Positions 10,830 through 20,960 of a stretch of 64,000 bases of DNA are shown one piece after another. The DNA lies in NCBI GenBank assembly GCA_002937855.1, contig PTKS01000001.1, positions 97,948 through 161,947 of the forward strand, given 5' to 3'. Below the pieces are notes generated by a model. That model saw nothing but the letters and a program-made list of their open reading frames with translations, was not told where the DNA came from and made no database searches. This DNA is from Alphaproteobacteria bacterium MarineAlpha5_Bin12. Its GTDB lineage: Bacteria; Pseudomonadota; Alphaproteobacteria; HIMB59; GCA-002718135. How positions within the stretch are numbered: the first letter of the stretch is position 1; each line of letters starts with the position of its first letter. Both the position numbers and the translations under genes were made by a program.

Positions 10830-13064
10830 TTATTCTCTAAATAAATATTTTAAATAAACCATTTTTGTACCTACTTTTTCAAAATTAATCAAAGCAGTGA
10901 TATTTTCAATTTCTAAAATTCGTCCATATCCAAATTTTTTATGAAAAATTCTATCTCCTTCATTAAATGAGCCTTGATCTTTTGTTGATATATCTTGGTT
11001 GTATTCAAAATTTTGTTCATTAATTCTCTTATAATTTTCTATTAATCTTTTTTTACCAGGGGAAATTTCATTAAGGTTTTCTTCTTCTAATTGAGATATA
11101 TTTAAAGAATATTCTTCGTTTTCAAAAATTTCTGAATTAAATATTTCTAAATCTTCTTTAGGTAATTCGTTAATAAATCTTGATGGTGAATTAAAATCAT
11201 GTGAAGCATATGAATATCGATTTTGGTTTACAAAAGATATAAAAACCCTTTCTTTAGCTCTTGTAAGTGCTACATATGCTAATCTCCTTTCTTCCTCTAA
11301 TCCTGACTGTCCTTTTTCTTCTATTGATCTTTTACTTGGAAATAATCCTTCTTCCCAACCAATCAAAAAAACATATTTAAATTCGAGTCCCTTAGCACTA
11401 TGCATAGTCATTAAACTAATTTTTTCATTTTTATAAATGCTATCATTTTCTGCAACCAAACTAACATGCTCTAAAAAACCCTCTAAGTTTTCAAATTCTT
11501 TTAAACCATTCATAAACTCATTTACATTATCTAATCTATCATGACTTTCAATATTATCTTTTAATTTACTTTCGTTTATCAATAATTCCATATAGCCTGA
11601 ATCCTCTAGAATTAATTCACAAAGATCGATATGATTAGTTTTTTCAATAATTTTATTCCATTTGTGTATTTTTGAAATTAGATTATTTATTTCTATTTTT
11701 GCTTTGCCTCGTTCATCAGATTGAAGATATATTTTACACCCCTCAAATAATGAAATTTTTCTATTTCTAGAAATCAAGTTAATTTTTTTTAAAGTTAGTT
11801 TTCCAATTCCTCTCTTTGGAACATTAATGATTCTTTCTAGTGCAAGGTCATCATTGTGATTATTTGCTATCCTTAAATAAGCTATGACATCTTTTATTTC
11901 TTTTCTTTCATAAAACTTAGTTCCACCTATTATTCTATAAGGTAAGCCTATATTTAAAAATCTTTCTTCAAATGATCTAGTGTGTGCTGCTACTCTCATT
12001 AAAATAGCGATTTCATTCAAAGGAGTTTTTGAATTTTTTAATTCTTCTATTTTACTACTTATATTAGTAGCTTCTTCTTTTGTTTCCCAAAACCCTCTTA
12101 TTTCAATTTTATTTCCTTCATTATTTTGACTCCAGATTTTTTTATTGTATCTATTTTTATTAAAATTTATTAAATGAGAAGCACAATTTATAATTTTTTT
12201 AGTCGATCTGTAATTTTGCTCTAAAAACATTACTGAAGGGTTTTCAAAATCTTTTTCAAAATTTAATATATTTTTTATTTCTGCCCCTCTCCATGAATAT
12301 ATAGATTGGTCATCATCACCAACACAACATATATTTTTATGATGATTATATAAATATTTTAACCACGCTTGCTGAGAAGGATTAATATCTTGATATTCAT
12401 CAACTAAAATATATTTAAACTGATTTTGTAATTGATAAAGAATTTTTTTATTTTTCTTAAAAATAGTTAAACAGTGAATTATTAAATCTCCAAAATCACA
12501 GCAATTCAATCTTATTAATTCATTTTGATATATAGAAAAAATTTTTGCTAAATCTTTTTCATCTTTTATTTTTGCTTTTTCAAGAACTTCTTCTACTGAA
12601 ATATTATCATTTTTAAATCTGTCTATGCATTTTGTATAATATTTTGCATTTTTATCCTCTAGAGAAATTTTTTCAGCTTCACATATACTTTTGATTAGTT
12701 TAGTCTGATCATCTTTATCAATTATTACAAAATTATTTTTTAAACCTATTAATTCTGAATATCTTCTTAATATCCTTGCGGAGATTGAATGAAAAGTTCC
12801 AACCCACCAGGAATCAATCATCTTTCCTGTCATATTACTAACTCTAGTTTTTAATTCATTGGCTGCTTTATTAGTAAATGTCACGGCTAGTATTTGGTTT
12901 GGTAACGCAAGTTTAGATGCAAGAAAGTAATAAATTTTTAATATTAATACTCTTGTTTTTCCACTTCCTGCCCCAGCTAAAATAAGCAAGCTACCACTTG
13001 ATTTTTTTACTGCATCTATTTGTTGCTTATTAAGGTCTCCAAAGTTTTTATCCAAATTATTCAT
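10830..13064 (-). CDS. uvrD: UvrD/Rep/PcrA-family ATP-dependent DNA helicase
   Basis: 744-aa ORF. Walker A AGAGSGKT, DExx box VDEYQD, TMHSAKGLEF, YVALTRAKE. Convergent with ligA; only 2 nt between the stop codons. Confidence 0.85.
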   Translation of the reverse strand: MNNLDKNFGDLNKQQIDAVKKSSGSLLILAGAGSGKTRVLILKIYYFLASKLALPNQILAVTFTNKAANELKTRVSNMTGKMIDSWWVGTFHSISARILRRYSELIGLKNNFVIIDKDDQTKLIKSICEAEKISLEDKNAKYYTKCIDRFKNDNISVEEVLEKAKIKDEKDLAKIFSIYQNELIRLNCCDFGDLIIHCLTIFKKNKKILYQLQNQFKYILVDEYQDINPSQQAWLKYLYNHHKNICCVGDDDQSIYSWRGAEIKNILNFEKDFENPSVMFLEQNYRSTKKIINCASHLINFNKNRYNKKIWSQNNEGNKIEIRGFWETKEEATNISSKIEELKNSKTPLNEIAILMRVAAHTRSFEERFLNIGLPYRIIGGTKFYERKEIKDVIAYLRIANNHNDDLALERIINVPKRGIGKLTLKKINLISRNRKISLFEGCKIYLQSDERGKAKIEINNLISKIHKWNKIIEKTNHIDLCELILEDSGYMELLINESKLKDNIESHDRLDNVNEFMNGLKEFENLEGFLEHVSLVAENDSIYKNEKISLMTMHSAKGLEFKYVFLIGWEEGLFPSKRSIEEKGQSGLEEERRLAYVALTRAKERVFISFVNQNRYSYASHDFNSPSRFINELPKEDLEIFNSEIFENEEYSLNISQLEEENLNEISPGKKRLIENYKRINEQNFEYNQDISTKDQGSFNEGDRIFHKKFGYGRILEIENITALINFEKVGTKMVYLKYLFRE

Positions 13065-13137
13065 AATTAATAGCTAGATAAGTAAAAATATACATATATA
13101 TATTTGATGAAAAATGATAATACCATAAATAAAAATA

Positions 13138-13935
13138 ATGCAAAATCTTGTTAAAACTTTTATTTTTATCTTTCTCTCTGCAGTATTATACATTTCGCCA
13201 GTACTATCTGATGAGAATGATGAAAATAGCATAGAAATTACTTCATCTGACTATAATACCACACCATATGATCAAGAAATTTTCGATCCATTTGAACCAG
13301 TCAATAGAGTAGTTTTTAAGTTCAATAATGTAGCAGATAGGGTTGTTTTGGAGCCTATTGCTAAAGGTTATAGAAGACTTCCTTCACCTGTGCAAACAGG
13401 AGTAGGTAATTTTTTTAGTAATTTAAAATTACCTATAATTATTATAAATCAGTTTTTACAAGGCCAATTTAAAAATGCTGCAAGTTCAACAGGTAGATTA
13501 GTGGTAAATACTACAATTGGTATAGGTGGTCTTGTCGATGTTGCCGAAAGAATTGGATTAGAAGAGAAGGATGAAGATTTTGGACAAACATTGGCCGTGT
13601 GGGGTGTAAATGAAGGTCCGTATATAATTCTTCCTATTTTTGGTCCATCTAACCTGAGGGATACAACAGGTATGTTTATAACAAGTTTGACTGATCCAAC
13701 AAATTTATATTTGGTTGATCAAGGAGAGGGTGAATGGATAGCAGTTAGAACCGCTGGAACGGCAGTAGATCAAAGATCAAAGATAATTGACGAAGTTAAT
13801 ACTTTGAGAGAAAATTCTATAGATTATTATGCTGCAGTCAGAAGTTCTTATTATCAAAACCGTGACGCGGCAATAAAAAATAGGGATGATACTGAATTAA
13901 CCCCAGTTCCATTAATTTCAGTAGAGTTTGAATAA
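13138..13935 (+). CDS. mlaA: MlaA/VacJ-family outer-membrane lipid asymmetry protein
   Basis: 265-aa ORF. Signal peptide. DPFEPVNR..F.FN motif region typical of VacJ. Followed by and overlapping mlaC. Confidence 0.75.
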   Translation: MQNLVKTFIFIFLSAVLYISPVLSDENDENSIEITSSDYNTTPYDQEIFDPFEPVNRVVFKFNNVADRVVLEPIAKGYRRLPSPVQTGVGNFFSNLKLPIIIINQFLQGQFKNAASSTGRLVVNTTIGIGGLVDVAERIGLEEKDEDFGQTLAVWGVNEGPYIILPIFGPSNLRDTTGMFITSLTDPTNLYLVDQGEGEWIAVRTAGTAVDQRSKIIDEVNTLRENSIDYYAAVRSSYYQNRDAAIKNRDDTELTPVPLISVEFE

Positions 13936-14545
13936 AATGAAGAAAAATTTAACTTATTTTTGTTTTTTATTTTTTATTATTTTTTATACAACTAATTCTT
14001 CAGCTAATTCATCAGATGTAAAAAACTGGCTGAAATATGAAATAGATCAAATAATTAATTTATATAAAAATGATGAGATATCTGCAGAAGTAAAATTAAA
14101 TGCTATAAAAGAAACAATTAACAAAAGTTTTGCTGGCAAAAGTATAGCAAAATTTGTTGTGGGAAATAAATGGGATGAAGCAAGCGAAGAAGTGCGCGAA
14201 AATTTTGTAGAATTATTCAAAGAACATTTATCTTTGACTGTTGGATCATTAATGCAAAGCTATTCAAATCAAAAATATGAATTAATCGATGCTACAGAGG
14301 TAAAAAAAGGATTATTTAAAATAGATATGGAATTAACTTTTAATGAACAAAAAACATTAGTAACATGGGGTGTGAAGGAACATAAAAACAAATTTTATGT
14401 TATGGATTTGATTATTGCGGATATTTCATTAATGAGAGCTAAAAGATCTGAATTTAGCTCAGTTTTGAAGAAAAAAAATCTTAAAGAATTAAATATTATT
14501 TTAAAAGATCAAAATCTTGAAAGTTATAATAATCTAATTAATTAG
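13928..14545 (+). CDS. mlaC: Phospholipid-binding periplasmic protein MlaC (Ttg2D/toluene-tolerance family)
   Basis: 205-aa ORF. Signal peptide. Family resemblance and pairing with mlaA. Confidence 0.65.
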   Translation: MNKMKKNLTYFCFLFFIIFYTTNSSANSSDVKNWLKYEIDQIINLYKNDEISAEVKLNAIKETINKSFAGKSIAKFVVGNKWDEASEEVRENFVELFKEHLSLTVGSLMQSYSNQKYELIDATEVKKGLFKIDMELTFNEQKTLVTWGVKEHKNKFYVMDLIIADISLMRAKRSEFSSVLKKKNLKELNIILKDQNLESYNNLIN

Positions 14546-14958
14546 TTTTTTTTATAATCTTCAGCATATTTTTTTATGTAGTTTAACATTGAATGCACGC
14601 CGTTTCTTCGACTTGGCGTTAAGATGTTATCTAGATCTAGTATATTGAGTTTTTCGAAATTAGACTCCATTATTTCATTTGGTTTTTTATTCCCATAAAT
14701 ATCGCACAATATTGTAACCATTCCTTTAGATATAAATGCATCTGAATCGCTATAAAAATCTAGAATTCCATTTTTAAATAATGGGACCAACCAAACCTGA
14801 GCTTGACATCCACTGACCAAAAATGCTTCTTTTCTGTATTCTTCTGGAAATTTATCTGCTTTTTTTCCCTGTTCAAGTAAATATTTATATTTATCCATCT
14901 TATCTTCAAAATAATCTAATTCCTCTTTATATAGCAAAATTTTTTCTTCAATATTCAT
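14542..14958 (-). CDS. sufE: Cysteine desulfuration (sulfur acceptor) protein SufE/CsdE family
   Basis: 138-aa ORF. Active-site region VSGCQAQVWL. Confidence 0.8.
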   Translation of the reverse strand: MNIEEKILLYKEELDYFEDKMDKYKYLLEQGKKADKFPEEYRKEAFLVSGCQAQVWLVPLFKNGILDFYSDSDAFISKGMVTILCDIYGNKKPNEIMESNFEKLNILDLDNILTPSRRNGVHSMLNYIKKYAEDYKKN

Positions 14959-14960
14959 AA

Positions 14961-15872
14961 CTACACACTAGGGTATTTAATTTCTACTTCTTGCATCCAG
15001 TTATTTAAATTTTCAATTCTATTTTCTGGAGACGGATGAGATGACATAAATTCTGGTACTTTATTATTATTTTGCACTTGCATTCTTTTCCACACTTGAA
15101 CTGATTCTTCCATATTAAATCCTGACAAACTCATAAAAGTTAAACCCATATAATCAGCTTCAGTTTCCATATTTCTAGAAAATGGTAATAAAATTCCAAA
15201 CTGAACAACATTATTATATATATCAGAATTATCTTCTAAAACCTTCCCATAGTTAGTATTTAATAAGCCCTGCGTTCCTAAAGAAATAATAGAATAATGA
15301 GTTAGCTTTTCTACTGTATGCCTTGCAAATGCATGCGCAATCTCATGTCCCATAATAGAAGCTATCCCATCATCATTTTTAGCTATTGGCATTATTCCAG
15401 TATAAAAAGCAATTTTACCTCCTGGCATACACCAAGCATTTTTAATTAAATTACCTTTTTGATCTTTAACATCTAATAGTGCAAATTCCCATTTAAAATC
15501 TGATACAGGATTTTTTAAAGAATTTTTAGCATAATATCTGTTTATTGAATTCGAAATATGCATTCCTATTTCCTTAATTTTTTTAGATTCAGAAGTATTC
15601 TCAACCAATATTTTTTTTGATTTAGCCTTTTTAATGAAATCTTGATATTGAATTTCAATAACATTATTTAAATGTTTTTCATTACTGTATATCTGAGGAA
15701 GTCCGCCAATACCTCCTGAAGGTAATATAATTGGTAAATTGTATTCATAAAAATTTAGTTGTTTTCGATTTGTAATTGGCACTTCAGCGCAACTAGGAAG
15801 GATTAATGCGGAACAAATTGAGCAGCTTGCTCCGTAAATAAATTTTCTCCTTGATATTTTTTTTTCTCTCAT
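14961..15872 (-). CDS. M48-family zinc metallopeptidase, probable Tat-exported lipoprotein
   Basis: HEIAHAFARH (HExxH). N-terminus MREKKISRRKFIYGAS...LPSC (twin-arginine motif plus Cys). I trimmed the tracked ORF (to 15929) to ATG 15872 because the extension runs through the tRNA gene. Confidence 0.75.
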   Translation of the reverse strand: MREKKISRRKFIYGASCSICSALILPSCAEVPITNRKQLNFYEYNLPIILPSGGIGGLPQIYSNEKHLNNVIEIQYQDFIKKAKSKKILVENTSESKKIKEIGMHISNSINRYYAKNSLKNPVSDFKWEFALLDVKDQKGNLIKNAWCMPGGKIAFYTGIMPIAKNDDGIASIMGHEIAHAFARHTVEKLTHYSIISLGTQGLLNTNYGKVLEDNSDIYNNVVQFGILLPFSRNMETEADYMGLTFMSLSGFNMEESVQVWKRMQVQNNNKVPEFMSSHPSPENRIENLNNWMQEVEIKYPSV

Positions 15873-15895
15873 AAATGTAAGTACATATAATATAT

Positions 15896-15972
15896 TGGTG
15901 GGCCCGCCTGGACTCGAACCAGGGACCACGCCGTTATGAGCGGCGCGCTCTAACCAACTGAGCTACAGGCCC
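15896..15972 (-). tRNA. tRNA with CAU anticodon (elongator Met or lysidine-dependent Ile2), CCA encoded
   Basis: The minus strand folds by eye as GGGCCTG-TA-GCTC-AGTTGGTTA-GAGC-G-CGCCG-CTCATAA-CGGCG-TGGTC-CCTGG-TTCGAGT-CCAGG-CGGGCCC-A-CCA. A G1-C72 pair excludes the initiator. Confidence 0.9.
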
Positions 15973-16020
15973 AATATAATTATGCATTTAATTTTTATTT
16001 TATATTTAAACAAGATAAAT

Positions 16021-16863
16021 TTAAACAATATTTCCATTAATATCCAAAGTCATTAAATCTTCTCCTAAAATTGGACTTTTTCCATAATCTTTTTTGACTA
16101 GTTTTCTCAATTTATTCTTATTAAAGACAGGTGGAACAAAATGGGATAAAACTAAGTTTTTTGCCATAACTTTTTTTGCAATTTTTCCCACTTGTCTTGA
16201 AGTTGTATGATATGATTTTACATTATGAACTGTTTGAGAGCTTCTAATGCCTCTTTCAGGGATTATTTCATCTTCAATAAACACCTCATGAACAAGTATA
16301 TCTGAATTAAGTGCAAATTTATTTAAATTTTTACATGGCTTGGTATCACCGCTAATGGTAATTTTTTTATTTTTATTTATAAAATTATACCCATAAGCAT
16401 AGACAACGGGTTTGTGGTCTACCTTAAAATATTCAACTTTAATATCATTGATCATAAAATAATTATTATCATTTATTTCCTTAATATTTAGTTTAAAGCC
16501 TTCAGTTGATTTTCTTTTTTCAAATTTAATTCTTGCATTTCTTTCTTTTTTCCATGAATCCATTAAAGAAAATAAAAAATTTTTTGTTCCTTTTGGACCT
16601 ATTATATTCCATTTTTTTTTCCTATATTGGTGCCAACTTGAAATTATAAGTTGGTAAAAATCAACAACATGATCAGAATGCAAATGAGTTAAAAGTAGGT
16701 AGTCAATATCTGCTCCTTTGAAACCAGCTTGTAATAATCTTTGTGTAACTCCTGATCCACAATCAATTAAAATTTTTGTTTTGCGTGTATAAATTAAATT
16801 TGATGGTCCAAACCTATCTTTATTAACTGAGGGACAGCCCGTACCCAGTAATGTTAAAAACAT
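16021..16863 (-). CDS. Metallo-beta-lactamase-fold hydrolase (RNase Z/ElaC-like short form)
   Basis: 280-aa ORF. LTLLGTG start and HLHSDH motif. The start abuts the rpoD stop with no gap. Confidence 0.6.
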   Translation of the reverse strand: MFLTLLGTGCPSVNKDRFGPSNLIYTRKTKILIDCGSGVTQRLLQAGFKGADIDYLLLTHLHSDHVVDFYQLIISSWHQYRKKKWNIIGPKGTKNFLFSLMDSWKKERNARIKFEKRKSTEGFKLNIKEINDNNYFMINDIKVEYFKVDHKPVVYAYGYNFINKNKKITISGDTKPCKNLNKFALNSDILVHEVFIEDEIIPERGIRSSQTVHNVKSYHTTSRQVGKIAKKVMAKNLVLSHFVPPVFNKNKLRKLVKKDYGKSPILGEDLMTLDINGNIV

Positions 16864-19197
16864 TTAATTATCTAAAAAAGTTTTTAATTTTCTAGCCCTT
16901 GTAGGATGTTTTAGTTTTCTCAAAGCTTTAGCTTCTATCTGTCTTATCCTCTCTCTAGTGACATTAAATTGCTGACCTACTTCTTCAAGTGTATGATCAG
17001 AATTCATACCAATACCAAATCTCATCCGTAACACCCTTTCTTCCCTGGGTGTCAAAGATGCTAAAACTCTTGTTGTGGTTTCTCTTAATGAACTCCTTAT
17101 AGATGCATCGATAGGAACTACAACTGATTTATCTTCAATAAAATCACCAAGACTAGAATCTTCTTCATCGCCAACAGGGGTTTCCATACTTATTGGTTCT
17201 TTAGCAATTTTTAAAACTTTCCTTACTTTTTCTAAAGGCATATGTAATCTTTTTGCAAGCTCATCTGGAGTAGGCTCCCTACCAATTTCATGAAGTATTT
17301 GTCTTGATGTCCTTACAATTTTATTAATTGTTTCTATCATATGCACAGGAATTCTAATTGTTCTAGCTTGATCCGCAATTGACCTAGTGATAGCTTGTCT
17401 AATCCACCATGTAGCATATGTTGAAAACTTATATCCTCTCCTATACTCAAATTTATCAACCGCTTTCATCAAACCTATATTGCCCTCTTGGATCAAATCT
17501 AAAAATTGAAGACCACGATTTGTATATTTTTTTGCTATAGAAATAACTAATCTCAAATTTGCCTCTACCATTTCTTTTTTTGCTCTACTTGCTGATCTTT
17601 CTCCTTGTTGAACAGTTCCGACGATTCTTCTAAACTCATCTATTGAAACCTCCGCTGCATTTTCAATTTCAGCTATATCTGAAACAACCTGTAGGATTAC
17701 ATCTTTATAAGTATTTGAAAACTTTATCCATTCCTTGCTAGTATCTTTTGATATTAATTTTAACCAAGATTCTTTACCTTCATATCCAATGTAATTTTTA
17801 ATAAAATCTTCTCTTTTAATTCCACAATCATTTGCTAATCTTAGCAATTTACCCTCTCTCATTAATAACTTCTTATTTAAATCATATAAATGATCCATCA
17901 AAGCTTCAATTGTAGATGAATTTAGGTGAACCCCTTTCATTAGCTCAATCATTTCCCTTTGTATTTTTTTATATTTTTTTTCTAAAGATTTAAGTTTTTT
18001 ATCTTCATCTAAATTCAAATCTTTCAAATCTGATTGAGTTTTTTTTAATTTTTTAAAAGTTTTAGCTATGTTATCAAAATCTTTTAAAGCTTGGGGTTTA
18101 AGTTTTTCCTCCATAACAGCAAGAGATAAATTCAAGCTATCAAGTTCTTCATCTTCTTCCTCTTGATCTGCTGGAATTTCTTCATCCGATTTATCTTTAC
18201 TTTCTTTTTTTTCTTTTTTTAATTTTTTTTCTTCTAATTTTTGTTCTTTAGTTGAGCCTGATTCAATAATTTTTAAAGTTTCATCTATTTTGCTTTCTCC
18301 AAAATCTGAAACATCATAGGTTGCTTCAAGATCAACTATATCTCTTAAAAGCATTGTGCCATCCTTAATAGAATCTTTCCAACTAATCACTGATCTAATT
18401 GTAAGAGGACTCTCGCAAATAGCTCCAATCATCATCTCTCTTCCTGCTTCAATCCTTTTGGCTATGGCAATCTCACCCTCTCTGCTTAATAGATCTACAC
18501 CACCCATATCTCTAAGGTATAGTCTTACTGGATCGTTAGTTTTTCCAACCTGAGATTTTTTATCATCTTCAATAGAGTCAGATAAATTAAAATTCCCATC
18601 CTCATCCTTATCAGTAATAAATTCTTCTTTTTTTGCTACTATTGAGATTTCTTGAGATGAAATTCTTTTTTTGATTTCTTCTACCTTAGTTTCACTTCTT
18701 AATTTTTTTGGAATTATTCTTTCTACTTGTTTAATTGTTAAGTAACCATCTCTTTTACCTACTACCAACAAATCATCTAATAATTTATTTATTTTTTCCT
18801 CTATTGCTAAAGCTCTTCTTTTTTCAGTTTCTAATTTTCTTAATCTTCTTTTTTCAAGTTTTTCTTTCTTGATTTTTTCAGCTAATTTTAATCTTTCAAT
18901 TTGTTTTTTTCTTCTTAATTTGGCTGCAATTTTTTTCTTTCTTAACTTTTCTATTAGTCTTGTTTTTTTTAATCTTGCAGAAATTTTTTTCTTTCTTAAC
19001 TTTTCTTTTAATTTTGCTATTTTAAGTTTTGCAGCAATTTTTTTCTTTTTTAAACGTTTTGTAAGTTTTTCTTTTTTTATCTTTTCTTTTAATTTTTTAT
19101 TTTGAATGGCTTTTTTTTTAAAAGATACTTTTTTTGTTGCCATTCTATTTGGTTTTTTTGGTTTTGTTTTTGTTTTTTTGTTTTTTTTAGGTGCCAT
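16864..19197 (-). CDS. rpoD: Primary RNA polymerase sigma factor RpoD with a ~135-aa Lys/Arg-rich repeat N-terminal extension
   Basis: 777-aa [30 protein letters not shown] (region 2) and [27 protein letters not shown] (region 4.2). The ORF starts 8 nt after the dnaG stop. Confidence 0.93.
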   Translation of the reverse strand: MAPKKNKKTKTKPKKPNRMATKKVSFKKKAIQNKKLKEKIKKEKLTKRLKKKKIAAKLKIAKLKEKLRKKKISARLKKTRLIEKLRKKKIAAKLRRKKQIERLKLAEKIKKEKLEKRRLRKLETEKRRALAIEEKINKLLDDLLVVGKRDGYLTIKQVERIIPKKLRSETKVEEIKKRISSQEISIVAKKEEFITDKDEDGNFNLSDSIEDDKKSQVGKTNDPVRLYLRDMGGVDLLSREGEIAIAKRIEAGREMMIGAICESPLTIRSVISWKDSIKDGTMLLRDIVDLEATYDVSDFGESKIDETLKIIESGSTKEQKLEEKKLKKEKKESKDKSDEEIPADQEEEDEELDSLNLSLAVMEEKLKPQALKDFDNIAKTFKKLKKTQSDLKDLNLDEDKKLKSLEKKYKKIQREMIELMKGVHLNSSTIEALMDHLYDLNKKLLMREGKLLRLANDCGIKREDFIKNYIGYEGKESWLKLISKDTSKEWIKFSNTYKDVILQVVSDIAEIENAAEVSIDEFRRIVGTVQQGERSASRAKKEMVEANLRLVISIAKKYTNRGLQFLDLIQEGNIGLMKAVDKFEYRRGYKFSTYATWWIRQAITRSIADQARTIRIPVHMIETINKIVRTSRQILHEIGREPTPDELAKRLHMPLEKVRKVLKIAKEPISMETPVGDEEDSSLGDFIEDKSVVVPIDASIRSSLRETTTRVLASLTPREERVLRMRFGIGMNSDHTLEEVGQQFNVTRERIRQIEAKALRKLKHPTRARKLKTFLDN
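18923..19084 (-). repeat. Three tandem 54-bp (18-codon) degenerate repeats inside the rpoD 5' region
   Basis: GC(T/A)G(C/A)AATTTTTTTCTTTCTTAAC.. recurs at 18923, 18977 and 19031 (54-bp period). It encodes ..EKLRKKKI(A/S)A(K/R)L.. units. Confidence 0.7.
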
Positions 19198-19205
19198 TAT
19201 ATTTA

Positions 19206-20960
19206 TTATTCTAATTCTGATATATAATCATAACTTAACTTTTCAAATTCTTGCCAATTTAATAAAGTTGCTTCAGATTCTAAATTCTTAATGCTTTTAT
19301 CTAATTCTGCTAAATTTGAAAGCCTTGTATCAATTATTTTTGCAGATTTTTTAACTTCTTGTAATGCTTTTTGTGAATTAAAATTTGGCGAAGAATAAGG
19401 GAAAAGTTGATAAATTTGCCTATTTAACGCTTTATCTACAATATTCTCATATTTTGAATTTTTAAGATAACTTACTATATCTTTGCTAGATAGATTTATA
19501 TTATCTCTTTTAGAAATTTCTTCAAATGATTTTGCTAAATAATCGTTTTCAATAATTATCTTTATTATATCATCTATAATATCTGCTCTGATGGACTGGT
19601 GATTTATAAATGTTGCTATAAAGGATAAATATTCATTTTCTTTAAGCTTCATAACTTCTTCATTTAATTTTTTATTATCATTTCTTAGTTTTTTATTTAT
19701 TTTAATATTAAAGAAAGAAAACAATTTATTTTTAAATTCTCTTTTATAAAAAAATTTGACTTTCTTATCTGTAATCAAATCAGTTATATCATCAAAATAT
19801 TTATCAAAAATAATTTTTTGATCTGGAGTTTGATGTTGAAAAGAATTTTTTGCATAATCAAAAATAAAATTTGACAAATTTTTAGAATTTTTTAAGAAAT
19901 TGACAAAATCATTTTTATTTAATTTATTTATAAAACTATCAGGATCCTCTTTGTCAGGTAGTTCCAAAAAATTTAGAGAATATCCTGGTTTTATAAATTT
20001 GAGAGCAAGTAATGCTGACTTGATTGATGCTTTTTTTCCTGCAATATCTCCATCAAACATTATAGTTGGTATTTTACAAGTTCTCCATGCAAGTAATAAC
20101 TGTTCCTCTGTCATAGAAGTCCCCAAAGGAGCTACAACGCTTTTAATACCCTTATCAGCTAAAGAAATAACATCCATATAGCCCTCACAAATTAATAAAT
20201 TATTTTTTTTTCTAGCAATTTTTTTTGCATTTTCTAAATTAAAAAGAAGTTTTCTTTTTTTAAAAAAATTACCTTCTGCTGAATTAATATATTTGGGCTC
20301 GATATTTTCAATTGTCCTTCCACCAAATCCAACTATTTTTGAATAATTATTAATAATTGGAAACATTAACCTTTTATAAAAAAAATCTCTTTTATTATTA
20401 TTAATTTTAAATAAATTTGATTTAATTAAATCATCTTCTTCAAAAGATTTATTTTTTAAATGGTTATACAATGAAATTTTTCTATTATATGAATAACCAA
20501 TTTTATAAAAGTTTATTGTTTGTTCTGAAATATTTCTTTTTTTTAGATATTCTAAAGCTGCTTTATTCTCTTTAATATATAAATTCTTGCAGTAAAAATT
20601 AGTTGCTTCTAAATAAATTTGATCTATTTTTTCTATAAGTTTTTTATCATTTGTATTTTGATTTAATTGTCTATCAATAGTTACTCCAGCTTTGCGGCTT
20701 AATTCTATTAAAGCATCATTAAAAGAATATTTCAAATAATCTGTGTAAAATGATATTAAATCTCCCTTTGCCCCACATCCAAAACAATAATATGACGATA
20801 GCTCTTCATTAATTTTCATAGAAGGAGTTTTTTCATTATGAAATAAACAGGAGCACCATAAATCATTTCCCCGATTTACTAGTTTCGTATGTTTTGATAG
20901 TTCATCACTTAATTTTATTTTTGATTTTATTTCATCTATCTTATCTCTTAAAGAATTCAT
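19206..20960 (-). CDS. dnaG: DNA primase
   Basis: 584-aa ORF. Zinc ribbon [30 protein letters not shown] region [10 protein letters not shown]. Confidence 0.92.
   Translation of the reverse strand: MNSLRDKIDEIKSKIKLSDELSKHTKLVNRGNDLWCSCLFHNEKTPSMKINEELSSYYCFGCGAKGDLISFYTDYLKYSFNDALIELSRKAGVTIDRQLNQNTNDKKLIEKIDQIYLEATNFYCKNLYIKENKAALEYLKKRNISEQTINFYKIGYSYNRKISLYNHLKNKSFEEDDLIKSNLFKINNNKRDFFYKRLMFPIINNYSKIVGFGGRTIENIEPKYINSAEGNFFKKRKLLFNLENAKKIARKKNNLLICEGYMDVISLADKGIKSVVAPLGTSMTEEQLLLAWRTCKIPTIMFDGDIAGKKASIKSALLALKFIKPGYSLNFLELPDKEDPDSFINKLNKNDFVNFLKNSKNLSNFIFDYAKNSFQHQTPDQKIIFDKYFDDITDLITDKKVKFFYKREFKNKLFSFFNIKINKKLRNDNKKLNEEVMKLKENEYLSFIATFINHQSIRADIIDDIIKIIIENDYLAKSFEEISKRDNINLSSKDIVSYLKNSKYENIVDKALNRQIYQLFPYSSPNFNSQKALQEVKKSAKIIDTRLSNLAELDKSIKNLESEATLLNWQEFEKLSYDYISELE

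Noticed and set aside
15873-15929. N-terminal 19-codon extension of the M48 peptidase ORF (MVPGSSPGGPTNILYVLTF)
   Set aside because: The extension is simply the reverse strand of the tRNA 3' half read as protein. An ATG at 15872 gives a sensible Tat/lipoprotein N-terminus.
18869-19291. Plus-strand ORFs 18869..19105 and 19106..19291 (Phe/Leu/Ile-rich)
   Set aside because: They are antisense shadows of the AAA/AAG-rich rpoD repeat region (poly-Lys codons read as TTT on the other strand). They overlap a well-supported gene.
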